DNA of 58,561 nucleotides from Candidatus Bathyarchaeia archaeon (GTDB lineage: Archaea; Thermoproteota; Bathyarchaeia; Bathyarchaeales; Bathycorpusculaceae), in assembly GCA_038882975.1 (NCBI GenBank), contig JAVZNE010000009.1, forward strand, positions 1 through 58,561, in the 5' to 3' direction. The notes under the pieces were generated by a model, which had not been told where the DNA came from, did no database searches, and was given only the letters and a program-made list of their open reading frames with translations. Position 1 is the stretch's first letter. Every line of letters starts with the position of its first letter. Both the position numbers and the translations under genes were made by a program. This document shows, piece by piece, positions 34,747 through 44,375 of the stretch.

Positions 34747-36225
34747 TTATGGTGTGTATTTGAAGGGGTGCTTTGCTCTCTCCTTGTTTTCTATTAGCTC
34801 GTCTATTGTTGGTCTTCCTTCTATGGCTTTGCGGATGGCGTGACGCATAGCCTTATAATTGTTTATGTAAACGCGTTGCCTGTCCACCGCTGATGGGTGT
34901 ACAAAGACATTTGCAATTATGATTAAGTCCTCAACTGCTTCTTTTGGGATTGTGCCATCTGCAACGCTGTCTACAACGGCTTTGGCTACCGCTGTTTGGG
35001 CTGGTCCATAAACGAGGCTTGCTTGTCGCATACTCGTTATCGTGACTGTTGGAACAATAAGCGTTATGGGCTTGACGGTTAAGTTTGGCTCCAGTATGGC
35101 TAATAATGGCTCGTGTCCCGGCGTTGGAGCGGCTTTAGCCTTAACAAAGGCTGCGCCTACTGGGCCGTCTTTTCTGCCTATAACTAGGTCTATGTGGGCT
35201 ACCTCTGCACCTGTTCCGGCTAGTGCCTCGCCCACGCGGAGGTTAAAGTCTTTTATGATTTCTGGGGTTATGTCAATGGCCATGAAGCGCTGCTCAAGTG
35301 GTTTTTCAGCAATTTTGAAGGTTACGAGTTTTGGCTCTATTTTGCCGATTTTTTCAAGGTCTAGGCGGAGTTCCTCCCGAGCCTCGTAGGTTAGTTCTCC
35401 TCCGACGCTGAGGGGCTGCCTTACCGGGCCAACCTTTATCTTCATCATGTTCAAGGCGGCTTTTGTCCCAACTGGGCCGCTTCCGGCTATTATTCGAGCT
35501 ATTTTCTGAATTTTGTATTGGAGTCCCCGGGCTTTTTGCAGCTCGCCATTTTTTATGTGGTTGTATATCTGGACCCAAATGTCTGGTATAACATTGGCAC
35601 TAGCGAGTATGGCGCCTGAACAGCCCGCAGCCAATGCCGCCACAACCACCTCGTCGTGGCCACATAACACGTTAATTTTGTCTCTAACCTTTTCCAGCAC
35701 GGTTAGTATGTAGCTGAGTTGTCCGCTGCTGTCTTTCAAGCCTACAATGTTTGGGATTTGAGCCAGGTCCTCAACCATCTGCCACGTGAGTCGCACGCCA
35801 GTACACTGCGGAATATTGTACAGTATTATGGGCATGTCGGCTTTGCTTGCTATGGTGTCGAAGTGCTCATATATACCGCGGTCTGCGGGCTTCAAATAAA
35901 ATGGCGTAACAACAAGGGCGGCGTCGGCGCCAACATCCTTAGCGTACTTTGTCATTTCCAAGGCTTGGTCTGTTCCGCTTGCTCCTGTTCCAGCGATTAC
36001 TGGAACCCTCCCGTTGACCTCGTCCACAACGGCTTTTATGACCTGTTTTCGCTCCTCAACTGTCATGTTTACAAACTCGCCTGTTGTGCCGCATGGGACA
36101 ACGCCGTGGACGCCTAGCTCTATACAGCGGTTCACTAGAAAACGCAGCCTCTCCATGTCAACAGCTTTCCCATCATCCGTAAAGGGCGTAACTAGTGCAG
36201 GGAAAATTCCTTCAGGCTTAAACAT
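34747..36225 (-). CDS. Fusion: DapA/NAL-family class I aldolase plus formaldehyde-activating enzyme (Fae)
   Basis: N-terminal ALVTPF, GTTGE, YNIPQCTG, GLKDSSG; C-terminal ~165 aa GEAL...EVAHIDLVIG.K.GPVG...GPAQ.AVAKAV.DSV...VFVHP...NY.A...AKHPF typical of Fae; ATG 36225 preferred. Confidence 0.88.
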   Translation of the reverse strand: MFKPEGIFPALVTPFTDDGKAVDMERLRFLVNRCIELGVHGVVPCGTTGEFVNMTVEERKQVIKAVVDEVNGRVPVIAGTGASGTDQALEMTKYAKDVGADAALVVTPFYLKPADRGIYEHFDTIASKADMPIILYNIPQCTGVRLTWQMVEDLAQIPNIVGLKDSSGQLSYILTVLEKVRDKINVLCGHDEVVVAALAAGCSGAILASANVIPDIWVQIYNHIKNGELQKARGLQYKIQKIARIIAGSGPVGTKAALNMMKIKVGPVRQPLSVGGELTYEAREELRLDLEKIGKIEPKLVTFKIAEKPLEQRFMAIDITPEIIKDFNLRVGEALAGTGAEVAHIDLVIGRKDGPVGAAFVKAKAAPTPGHEPLLAILEPNLTVKPITLIVPTVTITSMRQASLVYGPAQTAVAKAVVDSVADGTIPKEAVEDLIIIANVFVHPSAVDRQRVYINNYKAMRHAIRKAIEGRPTIDELIENKERAKHPFKYTP

Positions 36226-36308
36226 GGCTTTCCTTCCTTGAATTACCATAAATGTTAAACAATTTAAGCTTTGAATATGTATTATGCAAATTTGTTGGAG
36301 GAAACATT

Positions 36309-37592
36309 TTGAAAAAGATGAGGGAAAAATTGCTAATCGATGAGGGAAACTTGCAAGAAGTTAATGCTTTCCTTTTGCGGGAGGACAACCCCCTCATTAA
36401 TGGAATCCTCGAAATTGTTGACAAGTATGGCGGAGTTGAGGAAATAAACCGCAAAGCCAAGGAAAACGGCAAGCTTGAAAACCTTATGAAACGCCTTGAA
36501 AAGAAGAAGTCGCCTTTCGTGAAAGACCTGGAGTGGTTAACAAGGCAGCGGGATAAGGGGGCATTCATAAGCATACCAGAGTACCGCAGAAAAATCCTTG
36601 GGAGAAAGGCGGATTCCACGCATTTTGACGAGTCCTTCGCCGTCACCCTTGAAATCAGTGCGTGCAACTTCTTCCAATGGCTCATTGAAGAGGCAAAAAA
36701 GGCGATTAAGCAGCAAGACCTTATGCCAGCCCGATACATCCGCGTCCGCTCAATGAAAGAGCAGGTTGAAGACGACGACATTTTGGCTTTCGCTGCTGCA
36801 ATGCAGATTATTGGGGCATCTTATGTGCAGACACTGGACACTAAGGGAACAATGGCAGGACCAGATGGAAAACCAGTAAACGTTCACTTAGGCGGACCGG
36901 AGACAATAACCGGTTATTTTGGCGGTGTCGGAGTCCCAAATGAGTACGCCCTAAAATGGGTTGAAGATTACCTGCATTACTATATGGAATACGGTGTTAA
37001 GCAAGTTTTGAACACGAATTCTGGAACCGTGTTGCTTGGCTATTTGCTTCATAAACTTGGAATAGACATCGAATTCAAAATTTCAGTCTTCCTCGGGAAC
37101 GATAATCCCTACTCAATCTTATGGACGCTTATGACCGCCAAGCTCTTCAGCCGAAAAGATGGAACAACACCCCTTATTGGGTTTAACCTATCAAACTCCG
37201 TGGATAACCGCACCATTGAGCTTTCAGCTTACATAAGAAAAGCCTTCGGCTTCGAGGACATTGTCCGCATAGAACACCACATAACAGAAGCCTACAAAAG
37301 CATCGTTAGGCAGCCCTACGACCGCCTAAACGAACTTTTAGAAATAGCAAACCACGTGAAAAACATAAGCGCCAAACACGAGGGCGCACCACCAGAAGTT
37401 GAGAAAACAAGAGAACATCCATCAGACATACTTGACTACTTTATGCCAAAGAAGGAAATAATGGAAAAAGGGCTTATGCCAAAGCTCTTAGTCAACTACT
37501 TAGACAAGCATGACGCTGTAAACAGAACAGCCAAAGCCCTAACAGAAAAGGGATTAACATTCATCGCAGCCCAAAACCTACACAAAAAATAG
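36309..37592 (+). CDS. Conserved-looking hypothetical enzyme (~430 aa), divergent from the aldolase-Fae gene
   Basis: Long ORF with Gly/His/Glu-rich motifs (HLGGPETITGYFGG, KISVFLGNDN, RIEHH, AKHEG); start uncertain. Confidence 0.75.
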   Translation: MKKMREKLLIDEGNLQEVNAFLLREDNPLINGILEIVDKYGGVEEINRKAKENGKLENLMKRLEKKKSPFVKDLEWLTRQRDKGAFISIPEYRRKILGRKADSTHFDESFAVTLEISACNFFQWLIEEAKKAIKQQDLMPARYIRVRSMKEQVEDDDILAFAAAMQIIGASYVQTLDTKGTMAGPDGKPVNVHLGGPETITGYFGGVGVPNEYALKWVEDYLHYYMEYGVKQVLNTNSGTVLLGYLLHKLGIDIEFKISVFLGNDNPYSILWTLMTAKLFSRKDGTTPLIGFNLSNSVDNRTIELSAYIRKAFGFEDIVRIEHHITEAYKSIVRQPYDRLNELLEIANHVKNISAKHEGAPPEVEKTREHPSDILDYFMPKKEIMEKGLMPKLLVNYLDKHDAVNRTAKALTEKGLTFIAAQNLHKK

Positions 37593-37609
37593 TTGGTAAA
37601 GCGTTTTAC

Positions 37610-38287
37610 TTACCAGTATGTTTTAGGTCTACGGAACACTAGATAAGCCGTGGTGGCAAGAAAGAGGACAGTTGTAACGCCTAGAATGGCTACGACCGTT
37701 CTTGTATTGTTCAACTCATTTTGGATTCCGCTTAAGGATTCTTTTTCTTGTTTCAGCCTGTTAATTTCATCTTCCAACATTTTAAGGTAAACATTTTCAA
37801 CACGGGTCATAGAAAAGCCTATGATCGTATTTGGGTAAAACGATTCTATAGTGATCTTCTTATTGTCAATAGTGAAAGTCTCTTTTACAATATATGTGAG
37901 ATTGACTTCTCCATAAATTGCACCATAAACTTGCTGCGGTATAAAAATAGTATCGTTATGTTTCCAAACATTGCTGAGGGATATATCGCTAAATGTTTTG
38001 TTGTAGATTTCACTTTTAATGGTTCCATTCACAAAGCCATAAATGTGAAAAATGAGACTTGTTATTTCGATTTCTTTAGCGGGTGTTTCCGGCGCTAAGC
38101 TTATAACGAATGTTATATTGTTGTTAGATTGTATTTGTGAAGTTGCATTAACCTGTATCGTTATTCCGGGAATTTTCGAGTCAAAAAAGGTTTCAATGTC
38201 TTCTTGCCCCTGTACCTTTGCGGTGTACACTATTATGAAAAACATTACAAAAATTGTGAGTAATACAGCAGTTTTCCTCATATTCAT
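37610..38287 (-). CDS. Hypothetical surface protein (signal peptide, coiled coil, C-terminal TM anchor)
   Basis: N-terminal signal, many N-x-S/T sequons, C-terminal TM plus RRPK; AT-rich. Confidence 0.7.
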   Translation of the reverse strand: MNMRKTAVLLTIFVMFFIIVYTAKVQGQEDIETFFDSKIPGITIQVNATSQIQSNNNITFVISLAPETPAKEIEITSLIFHIYGFVNGTIKSEIYNKTFSDISLSNVWKHNDTIFIPQQVYGAIYGEVNLTYIVKETFTIDNKKITIESFYPNTIIGFSMTRVENVYLKMLEDEINRLKQEKESLSGIQNELNNTRTVVAILGVTTVLFLATTAYLVFRRPKTYW

Positions 38288-38415
38288 TCATCTTCACCTT
38301 CAATGAGGAATCGTTGAAATTGTTTTCAAGTAGTTTATTTAATGATTTTTTAATTCTCTTTTACTATTTACCCGCAGTTAAGACTTGTTTTTTAAATTTT
38401 GATGCTTAAAAACGG

Positions 38416-38652
38416 TTATTTTATTGAGCGGATGAAGCGTTGATACATGTATATGAAATAGATAAGGGCGAAAAATGTTAGGGCTATTTCGAATGTTAGT
38501 ATTGCTGGATTGTTTTCCACAGCCATGAAGTAGCCGTGTTGTAGTATGTCCATGAATACTAGGATTTGGAGGAATATGGCTCCTCCTAGGCAGCTTAAGC
38601 CTAAGCTGTGGATGAGTATTAGTATACGTCTATCGATTTTTGCGGCTTTCAT
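38416..38652 (-). CDS. Small two-TM membrane protein
   Basis: Two hydrophobic helices, clean ORF. Confidence 0.6.
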   Translation of the reverse strand: MKAAKIDRRILILIHSLGLSCLGGAIFLQILVFMDILQHGYFMAVENNPAILTFEIALTFFALIYFIYMYQRFIRSIK

Positions 38653-38776
38653 GATGTTATCGTGTGTATTAAGATTTGTCTAGAGACTTATAGGTTATGA
38701 ATCCTAAGACATTACGAAGCCTTATGATTAGGCTTGTTGACTCAAAATTAGCATTCAGCAGAAGCGTGTTGCGGCT

Positions 38777-39691
38777 TCAGTTTTCTTTTAGTTGGCTTAT
38801 GGCTTCCTTTATGACGGTGGCGGATTTTTCTAGGCGTTTTCTAGTTTCCGGCTGCAATTCTAGCTCCAAAATTTTTTCGACCCCATTTTTTCCAAGAATT
38901 ACCGGGACGCCCATGGCAATGTCCGAAAAGCCGTACTCTCCTTGGAGGTATGTGGAGACTCCCATGACTCTGTTTCTGCCCCTTAGTATGGCATCTGCCA
39001 TTACGGCTATGGCGGCTGCTGGAGCGTGGACAGTTGAGCCCTTAAGTTTTATGACTTCAGCTCCCGACGTTGCTGTTAAGCTTATGATTTTTTCGATTTG
39101 CTCCCTTGTTAGGAGGCGGGTTATGGGTATTCCAGCGACTGACGCATATTCAGCCAGCGGAACCATTGTGTCGCCGTGTTCGCCGATCACTAGAGCACGG
39201 ATGTCTTCTCGTGAAACGTTCAGCTCTAAGGCTATGTAGGACCTAAAACGCAGCGTGTCCAATATGTTGCCCATTCCAAAAACGCGATTCCTCTCAAAAC
39301 TTGACTCCTTATAAGCTATGTATGTCATAACGTCAACCGGATTCGTTACCACCATGAGCTTGCAGTCCGGCGCATATTTCACGACTTCGTGAACTATGGA
39401 TTTGACTATGCCGGCATTCTTTTTCATCAGGTCGAGTCTGCTCATTCCGGGTTTTCTCGCCTCTCCAGCTGTTACGACTACAAGCTCTGAACCCTTCATT
39501 TGGCTGTAGTCGCTTGTTCCAATTATTTTTCCGTCAAATTCTAGTGCTGGAGCTGTTTGCATCATGTCTAGGGCTTCGCCCTTCGCCAAGTTTTCAGTTA
39601 CGTCTATCAGAACAACGTCACTTATTCTATATCTTAAAATGTTGAAGGCGGCGGCGCTTCCAACTCTTCCAGCGCCAATTATCGTTATCAT
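38777..39691 (-). CDS. mdh: Malate dehydrogenase (LDH-like)
   Basis: GAGRVG, RKPGMSRLDL (MDH Arg), TNPVD, LDTLRFR, GEHGD. Confidence 0.92.
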   Translation of the reverse strand: MITIIGAGRVGSAAAFNILRYRISDVVLIDVTENLAKGEALDMMQTAPALEFDGKIIGTSDYSQMKGSELVVVTAGEARKPGMSRLDLMKKNAGIVKSIVHEVVKYAPDCKLMVVTNPVDVMTYIAYKESSFERNRVFGMGNILDTLRFRSYIALELNVSREDIRALVIGEHGDTMVPLAEYASVAGIPITRLLTREQIEKIISLTATSGAEVIKLKGSTVHAPAAAIAVMADAILRGRNRVMGVSTYLQGEYGFSDIAMGVPVILGKNGVEKILELELQPETRKRLEKSATVIKEAISQLKEN

Positions 39692-39741
39692 AGTCTCAAA
39701 AATGGTTTTTCAAAGAGATATGTTTAACGCGTACCAAGTGA

Positions 39742-41097
39742 TTAAAGCTGGTATTCTCTGCCCTTTTCAGGTGGAATCATTCGGCTTTTTGAGCTCTGCA
39801 TGAATTTGGCAAAGAGCTCTGCACTTTCAGTGTGCACTGGGATGATTGTTTTTGCGCCGATTTCTTCAAGGACGGCTTTCAACTGTAGTGGCATTATGTG
39901 TCCTGAAACGTGGACGTGGTATTGTGGCAGTCCATAGTGCCTAAGCCAGTTTACAAGCTTTTCATAGTCTATTTCCATTTCCTCGTTGAAGGGCTCTGAG
40001 GATGAGGATATGTAGCAGCTTCCGGGCTGCGGTTTTATTTCAACAAGCTGTTCTAAATCGTAAAAGGACATTGTCAAGATTATTTTGCACTGCTGCTTCG
40101 AGACTTGTTCGCAGTCCACAACTTTGCTGGAGTAACTTTCAAGAAGCTGTTTTTCCCAGCGGCGCAGTCGCTCTTTGCCTTCTGTAGGCTTCTTCGATTT
40201 TCGAAAAATCAAAACGTTCTCGTCTTCTAAGCGTGGAATGTTCAGCCTCTTGTCGCTGCGGAGGGCATCCATCAAGTAGGCTTGCCTCAGTGAAACAGCA
40301 AGACAGCGCCCATTCTTCTTGGCGATACGATGGAAGGAGTTAAGCCTATCAACATCTGTGGAGGCAAACTCGGCAAGCACAATACCGTCCGTCTGCCCCA
40401 CAATATGATTCAGCTTTCTTTCAACTTCAGCCTCTGAGGAAACGGTTGCCCCAGTCATGTTGGTGGCTTCGGTGATGACGGCGACCGGTTCCACCTCTTT
40501 TGCCTTTTCCACGAAATCTCTGGTCATTTCTGGCTTTGCCCCGTGAACACGAAAGTCTCCCGTATACACGACAGCGCCGCTGGACGTGTGAATTATGAAG
40601 CCATACGCCCCTGGAACTGAATGGTCCACGTGTATTGGTTCAACTTGTAAGCCGCCTACATTGACGGTTTTCCCTGTTCTGAAATCCTTAAAGTCTATGC
40701 CATCCACATTAAATTCCAAGTCTGTTTTGCGGATTTCCCCGAAGGCTTGTAGGATAATTCTTGTTGTTTCGCCACAATAGACTGGGATTTCCCTTTTAAT
40801 GAAGGATAGATAGGCTGAGTGATCCATGTGCCCATGGGAAATGAAGACTGCATCAACTTCCGACGGCTTATCATCAAATTTGTAGACGCCTTCAATTTTT
40901 GGTAGCACGCCGAGCTCTTGCAGGCTTTTTTCGCTTTTGGGCGAAAGTAGTGGCGGGGAGTAATATTGCCTTCTTAGGGCGAAGGACATGCCGAAATCAA
41001 AGAAAACTTTTACATCACCATCTTTAAGCAGAATTTTGTTTCCACCTATTTCGTTTACTCCGCCATAAAAGGTTAGGGTGGTTCTCCCCTTAACCAT
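39742..41097 (-). CDS. MBL-fold beta-CASP hydrolase, RNase J-like
   Basis: GGVNEIGGN, SHGHMDH, VDHS, YTGDFR, HVSGH, PVHTE. Confidence 0.85.
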   Translation of the reverse strand: MVKGRTTLTFYGGVNEIGGNKILLKDGDVKVFFDFGMSFALRRQYYSPPLLSPKSEKSLQELGVLPKIEGVYKFDDKPSEVDAVFISHGHMDHSAYLSFIKREIPVYCGETTRIILQAFGEIRKTDLEFNVDGIDFKDFRTGKTVNVGGLQVEPIHVDHSVPGAYGFIIHTSSGAVVYTGDFRVHGAKPEMTRDFVEKAKEVEPVAVITEATNMTGATVSSEAEVERKLNHIVGQTDGIVLAEFASTDVDRLNSFHRIAKKNGRCLAVSLRQAYLMDALRSDKRLNIPRLEDENVLIFRKSKKPTEGKERLRRWEKQLLESYSSKVVDCEQVSKQQCKIILTMSFYDLEQLVEIKPQPGSCYISSSSEPFNEEMEIDYEKLVNWLRHYGLPQYHVHVSGHIMPLQLKAVLEEIGAKTIIPVHTESAELFAKFMQSSKSRMIPPEKGREYQL

Positions 41098-42808
41098 TCA
41101 TCAACCCCAACTCGTCCGCTTTCTTACAAATATTTGATATTGCAAAAATTATGTGAGGAAACACGAAAACGCTGAAAACCTTTGTGTATTTTGTCTTTCC
41201 GGCATCCTTTATCACTTTTATGTCTCCGCCAGCCTTTAAATAGCCCTTAATGAAGGCTTTGGCTATAAGCTCTGCTGGATAGGAGCCAACCAGTGGTGGC
41301 ATGTAATGTCCAGCATAGTAAAGAAATTCGGCTATATCCCATGCCTTGTCACCACCTCTTGAGGCTTGCTCAAAATCTAGGAGGTAAATTTCGCCGTTCT
41401 TCCCCATCAAGATATTTTCCGGCTTGGTGTCTCCTAAAGTCAAATTTAGGGCGTGGACACGGGCGAATGTCTCGCCAACCTTCTGCAATATTTTCAAATA
41501 TTCCTCGCTAATTTCCTTTTCATTTTTCGCATTTGCAATTTCCCTGATAATTTTTTCTAGGCTCTCCCCCTCAATGTGTTCCATAAAGACAAGCCTTTTA
41601 TCATGGTTTATAGCCAAAAGTTTTGGAACAGGAAAGCCTTTCCTATATAGAAACTGGTTTGTGGTGCACTCCCTTTCAAGTCTTGTCTGTCCAAGAAGGG
41701 CGAAGGTTCTTGTTCCAAAAGTCCATATGTTTAGCGGAAGCCATTTTAAACTCGACCAATCCTTAAAGGTTTTGACGACAACCCTACGCTCCTGTCCGTC
41801 CGCGCGCACCCTGACCAGATAGACTTCGTTAAAAACCCCTCCAAGCTCCTCAATGGTGGCTTCTGCATCTTTGCTTACTGATAGAATATTCTTTGCAAAC
41901 TCTTCAATGCTTGTTTCCGCGGCTAAAGGAGTTAACCCATTGGCAGTTGGAATAAACAAGTACCTTTTGGAGTCTTCAATATGATATGAGCCCTTAAAAG
42001 TTTCCCAGTCAAAGTTTCTTAATTTTTGAAGCAGGTCTTTATTCTGTAGCAGAGCTGTAAAGACTCGTGGGAAAGTTCCTAAGAGGGATAGGAATAAGGT
42101 TTTCTGGGCGGTTTTCAGTAGGCTTGTGTAGCGGATTTTTCGGTTCTTTACAGTGTCGGCAAATTCCCTTGAAATTCTTATGTATCCCCTTGTACGCATA
42201 ATCACATTTTCTTTTTCCAAAAATTCCAATGCTTGAAGAAAACTATCCATTGCAGTCTGCAAATTTTCCTTTTCAACGTCTTCACGTAGAAAGTTTGCCA
42301 CTATGTAACGGATTGGTGGGAAAAGCCTCGCTCTGCTGTGTATAGCCTCGTACATGAAGTATTCGGGTTTTATATGGATTTCATAGCATAATTCGGGAAA
42401 GTCTAAAATAAGATTTTCTAAAGCCTCAAGTATCAAGCGCCTTTTTAGTTTAAGTTCCTCAGCCCTCAAATATTCGGCGTTTAACAGTGGCATGTATGTA
42501 AAAACTAGTTGGATGGCTAGGGCTTCACCTAGGAAACCTCTCTCCACATCCCTTTCAAAAAGCCATTTATCGACAGCGTAAACGAAGACCGCTTTGCCAT
42601 GGAAGAATTTAACATAATTCATCAGTCCGGGCTTAAACCCGTCGATTATGAGTAAAACTTCCAGCGGTGCTCTTTCTTTAATGGTCCAGAGCAAGGAGCC
42701 CCCACATAAGCATATGCCTATAACTTGTCGGGAGTTGGCGATCCGCCTACAGAATGATATAATGTGTTTTTCCAAGTTTTCAGCTAGTCTTTTGCTGTTC
42801 TGATTCAA
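41090..42808 (-). CDS. Atypical Ser/Thr (Bud32/RIO/APH-like) kinase with long N-terminal extension
   Basis: C-terminal GGVFN.V, VVVK, GDTKPEN, LDFE; the N-terminal region may be a degenerate nucleotidyltransferase fold. Confidence 0.7.
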   Translation of the reverse strand: MNQNSKRLAENLEKHIISFCRRIANSRQVIGICLCGGSLLWTIKERAPLEVLLIIDGFKPGLMNYVKFFHGKAVFVYAVDKWLFERDVERGFLGEALAIQLVFTYMPLLNAEYLRAEELKLKRRLILEALENLILDFPELCYEIHIKPEYFMYEAIHSRARLFPPIRYIVANFLREDVEKENLQTAMDSFLQALEFLEKENVIMRTRGYIRISREFADTVKNRKIRYTSLLKTAQKTLFLSLLGTFPRVFTALLQNKDLLQKLRNFDWETFKGSYHIEDSKRYLFIPTANGLTPLAAETSIEEFAKNILSVSKDAEATIEELGGVFNEVYLVRVRADGQERRVVVKTFKDWSSLKWLPLNIWTFGTRTFALLGQTRLERECTTNQFLYRKGFPVPKLLAINHDKRLVFMEHIEGESLEKIIREIANAKNEKEISEEYLKILQKVGETFARVHALNLTLGDTKPENILMGKNGEIYLLDFEQASRGGDKAWDIAEFLYYAGHYMPPLVGSYPAELIAKAFIKGYLKAGGDIKVIKDAGKTKYTKVFSVFVFPHIIFAISNICKKADELGLMNG

Positions 42809-42882
42809 TTTTCCACCGTTAAGGTTTGCCAGAATAGAATTGTGGCTTGTTCAAAATATAGTTTAAGGCTTATTATTTAAAT

Positions 42883-42937
42883 GTCAATTTTGTTGCTGGT
42901 GTGAGACTGCAAAATTGGTAGTCCCCCTCTAGTTTTT
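42883..42937 (-). repeat. Single CTAGAG-hairpin unit beginning at the stop codon of the acyl-CoA synthetase gene
   Basis: - strand AAAAACTAGAGGGGGACTACCAATTTTGCAGT...ACAAAATTGAC aligns with 18451-18509. Confidence 0.8.
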
Positions 42938-44317
42938 CTTCACTTTGCCAAGTTTTTCAAGGATTCTTCCGTAGTCTCTTAGAATTTTTAGGGCTTTAAC
43001 TCCTTTTTCTGGTAGGTTGTAGATTGGTATGTTGCTTTCGCCAATAACCTCGTAAACAAGTTCGAAGTCTTCTCCTCCGGCTGCGACATCCACGATTGGC
43101 TTGTGGGGGTATTTGGCTGCAACTTCTGGAATAACCATCGCGTCTTCCGGTTCAAAGAAACATGACTTAAGCATGTTTATGACCAAAACTCCGTCAACAT
43201 TTTTGTCTGCTAGGACCAAGTCTAACACTTTCTCGTATCTTTCTGCTCTTGCGTCGGCTATCATGTCGATGGGGTTAGTTGCATCCATCCCCGAATAGAG
43301 GCTTTCAATCCTCCTTTTCGTTTCATCTGACAAACTTGCAAGTTTTAGGCTGTTTCTTGCAATGGCATCTGTTGCCAATATGGCTGGTCCGCCAACATTG
43401 CTTACTATGGCTATGTTGTCGCCGAACATGGGAGGCTGCTTTGAAAGGGCTATGGCTGCGTTCATAAGCTCCTCTGGGTCTCCAACCCTTATTATTCCGG
43501 CTTTTTTGAAGGCGGCGTCGAAAATTTCATCTGAACCAGCCATCGAAGCCGTGTGGGACTTGGCCCTGTGGGCTGATTCTTGGGTTATTCCGCCTTTCAA
43601 GGCTAGAATGGGCTTTTTGGCAACTATTTTTCTTGCTTCTTCTATGAATTTTCTGCCATTTTTGACGCCTTCCATGTATAGGCATATAACCCTTGTTTCT
43701 TTATCCTTAGCGAGATAATGCAATAAGTCGATGTCGTCCACGTCTATTTTGTCTCCCATAAAAGCGAACTTGCTTATGCCAATCTTGTAGCGGCAAGCCC
43801 AGTCTAGGAGGCAGGCGCCAACCCCACCGCTTTGGGAAATTATGGCTATGTTTCCCCTTCTAGGCATAACGTCCCTTTCAAAGGTTGTGTTGAGTCCATT
43901 AGCCGTGTTTATAACACCCATAACGGTGTTTGGCCCCAAAATTCTTACGCCATACTTCTCTCTAAGCCTCAACAGTTTCTGACGCTGTTCGTCCCTATAC
44001 CCGCCGGTAATCATAGTGAAGGCTTTCACGCCCATCCTCGCGCATTTTTCCGCCTCATCTATGGATTGTTTCGGTGGAAGCATAATAACTGCGAGCTCTG
44101 GAACTTTTGGCAACACCCCAATATTTTGCCCTTTTTCTTTATCAATGTCTTTTATGTAGACTTCGCCTTTGAAGAACCTCTTCATGTTGTGTATTACGCT
44201 TTTAAAAAGTTGGGGGGAGCTTAAACCCACCTTTTCCCGTATTTTACTTGAACCTATTAAGATGACCCTTGATGGCTCGAAGATGACATCCACTTCGCAC
44301 ATAAATTTAGCCTTCAA
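42929..44317 (-). CDS. acdA: ADP-forming acetate/acyl-CoA synthetase alpha subunit
   Basis: ILGPNT.G, ISQSGG, YMEG, SHTASMAG phospho-His, NPID. Confidence 0.85.
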   Translation of the reverse strand: MKAKFMCEVDVIFEPSRVILIGSSKIREKVGLSSPQLFKSVIHNMKRFFKGEVYIKDIDKEKGQNIGVLPKVPELAVIMLPPKQSIDEAEKCARMGVKAFTMITGGYRDEQRQKLLRLREKYGVRILGPNTVMGVINTANGLNTTFERDVMPRRGNIAIISQSGGVGACLLDWACRYKIGISKFAFMGDKIDVDDIDLLHYLAKDKETRVICLYMEGVKNGRKFIEEARKIVAKKPILALKGGITQESAHRAKSHTASMAGSDEIFDAAFKKAGIIRVGDPEELMNAAIALSKQPPMFGDNIAIVSNVGGPAILATDAIARNSLKLASLSDETKRRIESLYSGMDATNPIDMIADARAERYEKVLDLVLADKNVDGVLVINMLKSCFFEPEDAMVIPEVAAKYPHKPIVDVAAGGEDFELVYEVIGESNIPIYNLPEKGVKALKILRDYGRILEKLGKVKKN

Positions 44318-44375
44318 AGCAGCCTAATGATGAAGAAAGAAAATACGCTATTCATATTCATAAACTTAACCATGA

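Noticed and set aside
34747-36225. Plain dapA annotation
   Set aside because: The conserved DHDPS Arg is replaced by Cys, there is a Fae fusion, and no other dap genes are nearby
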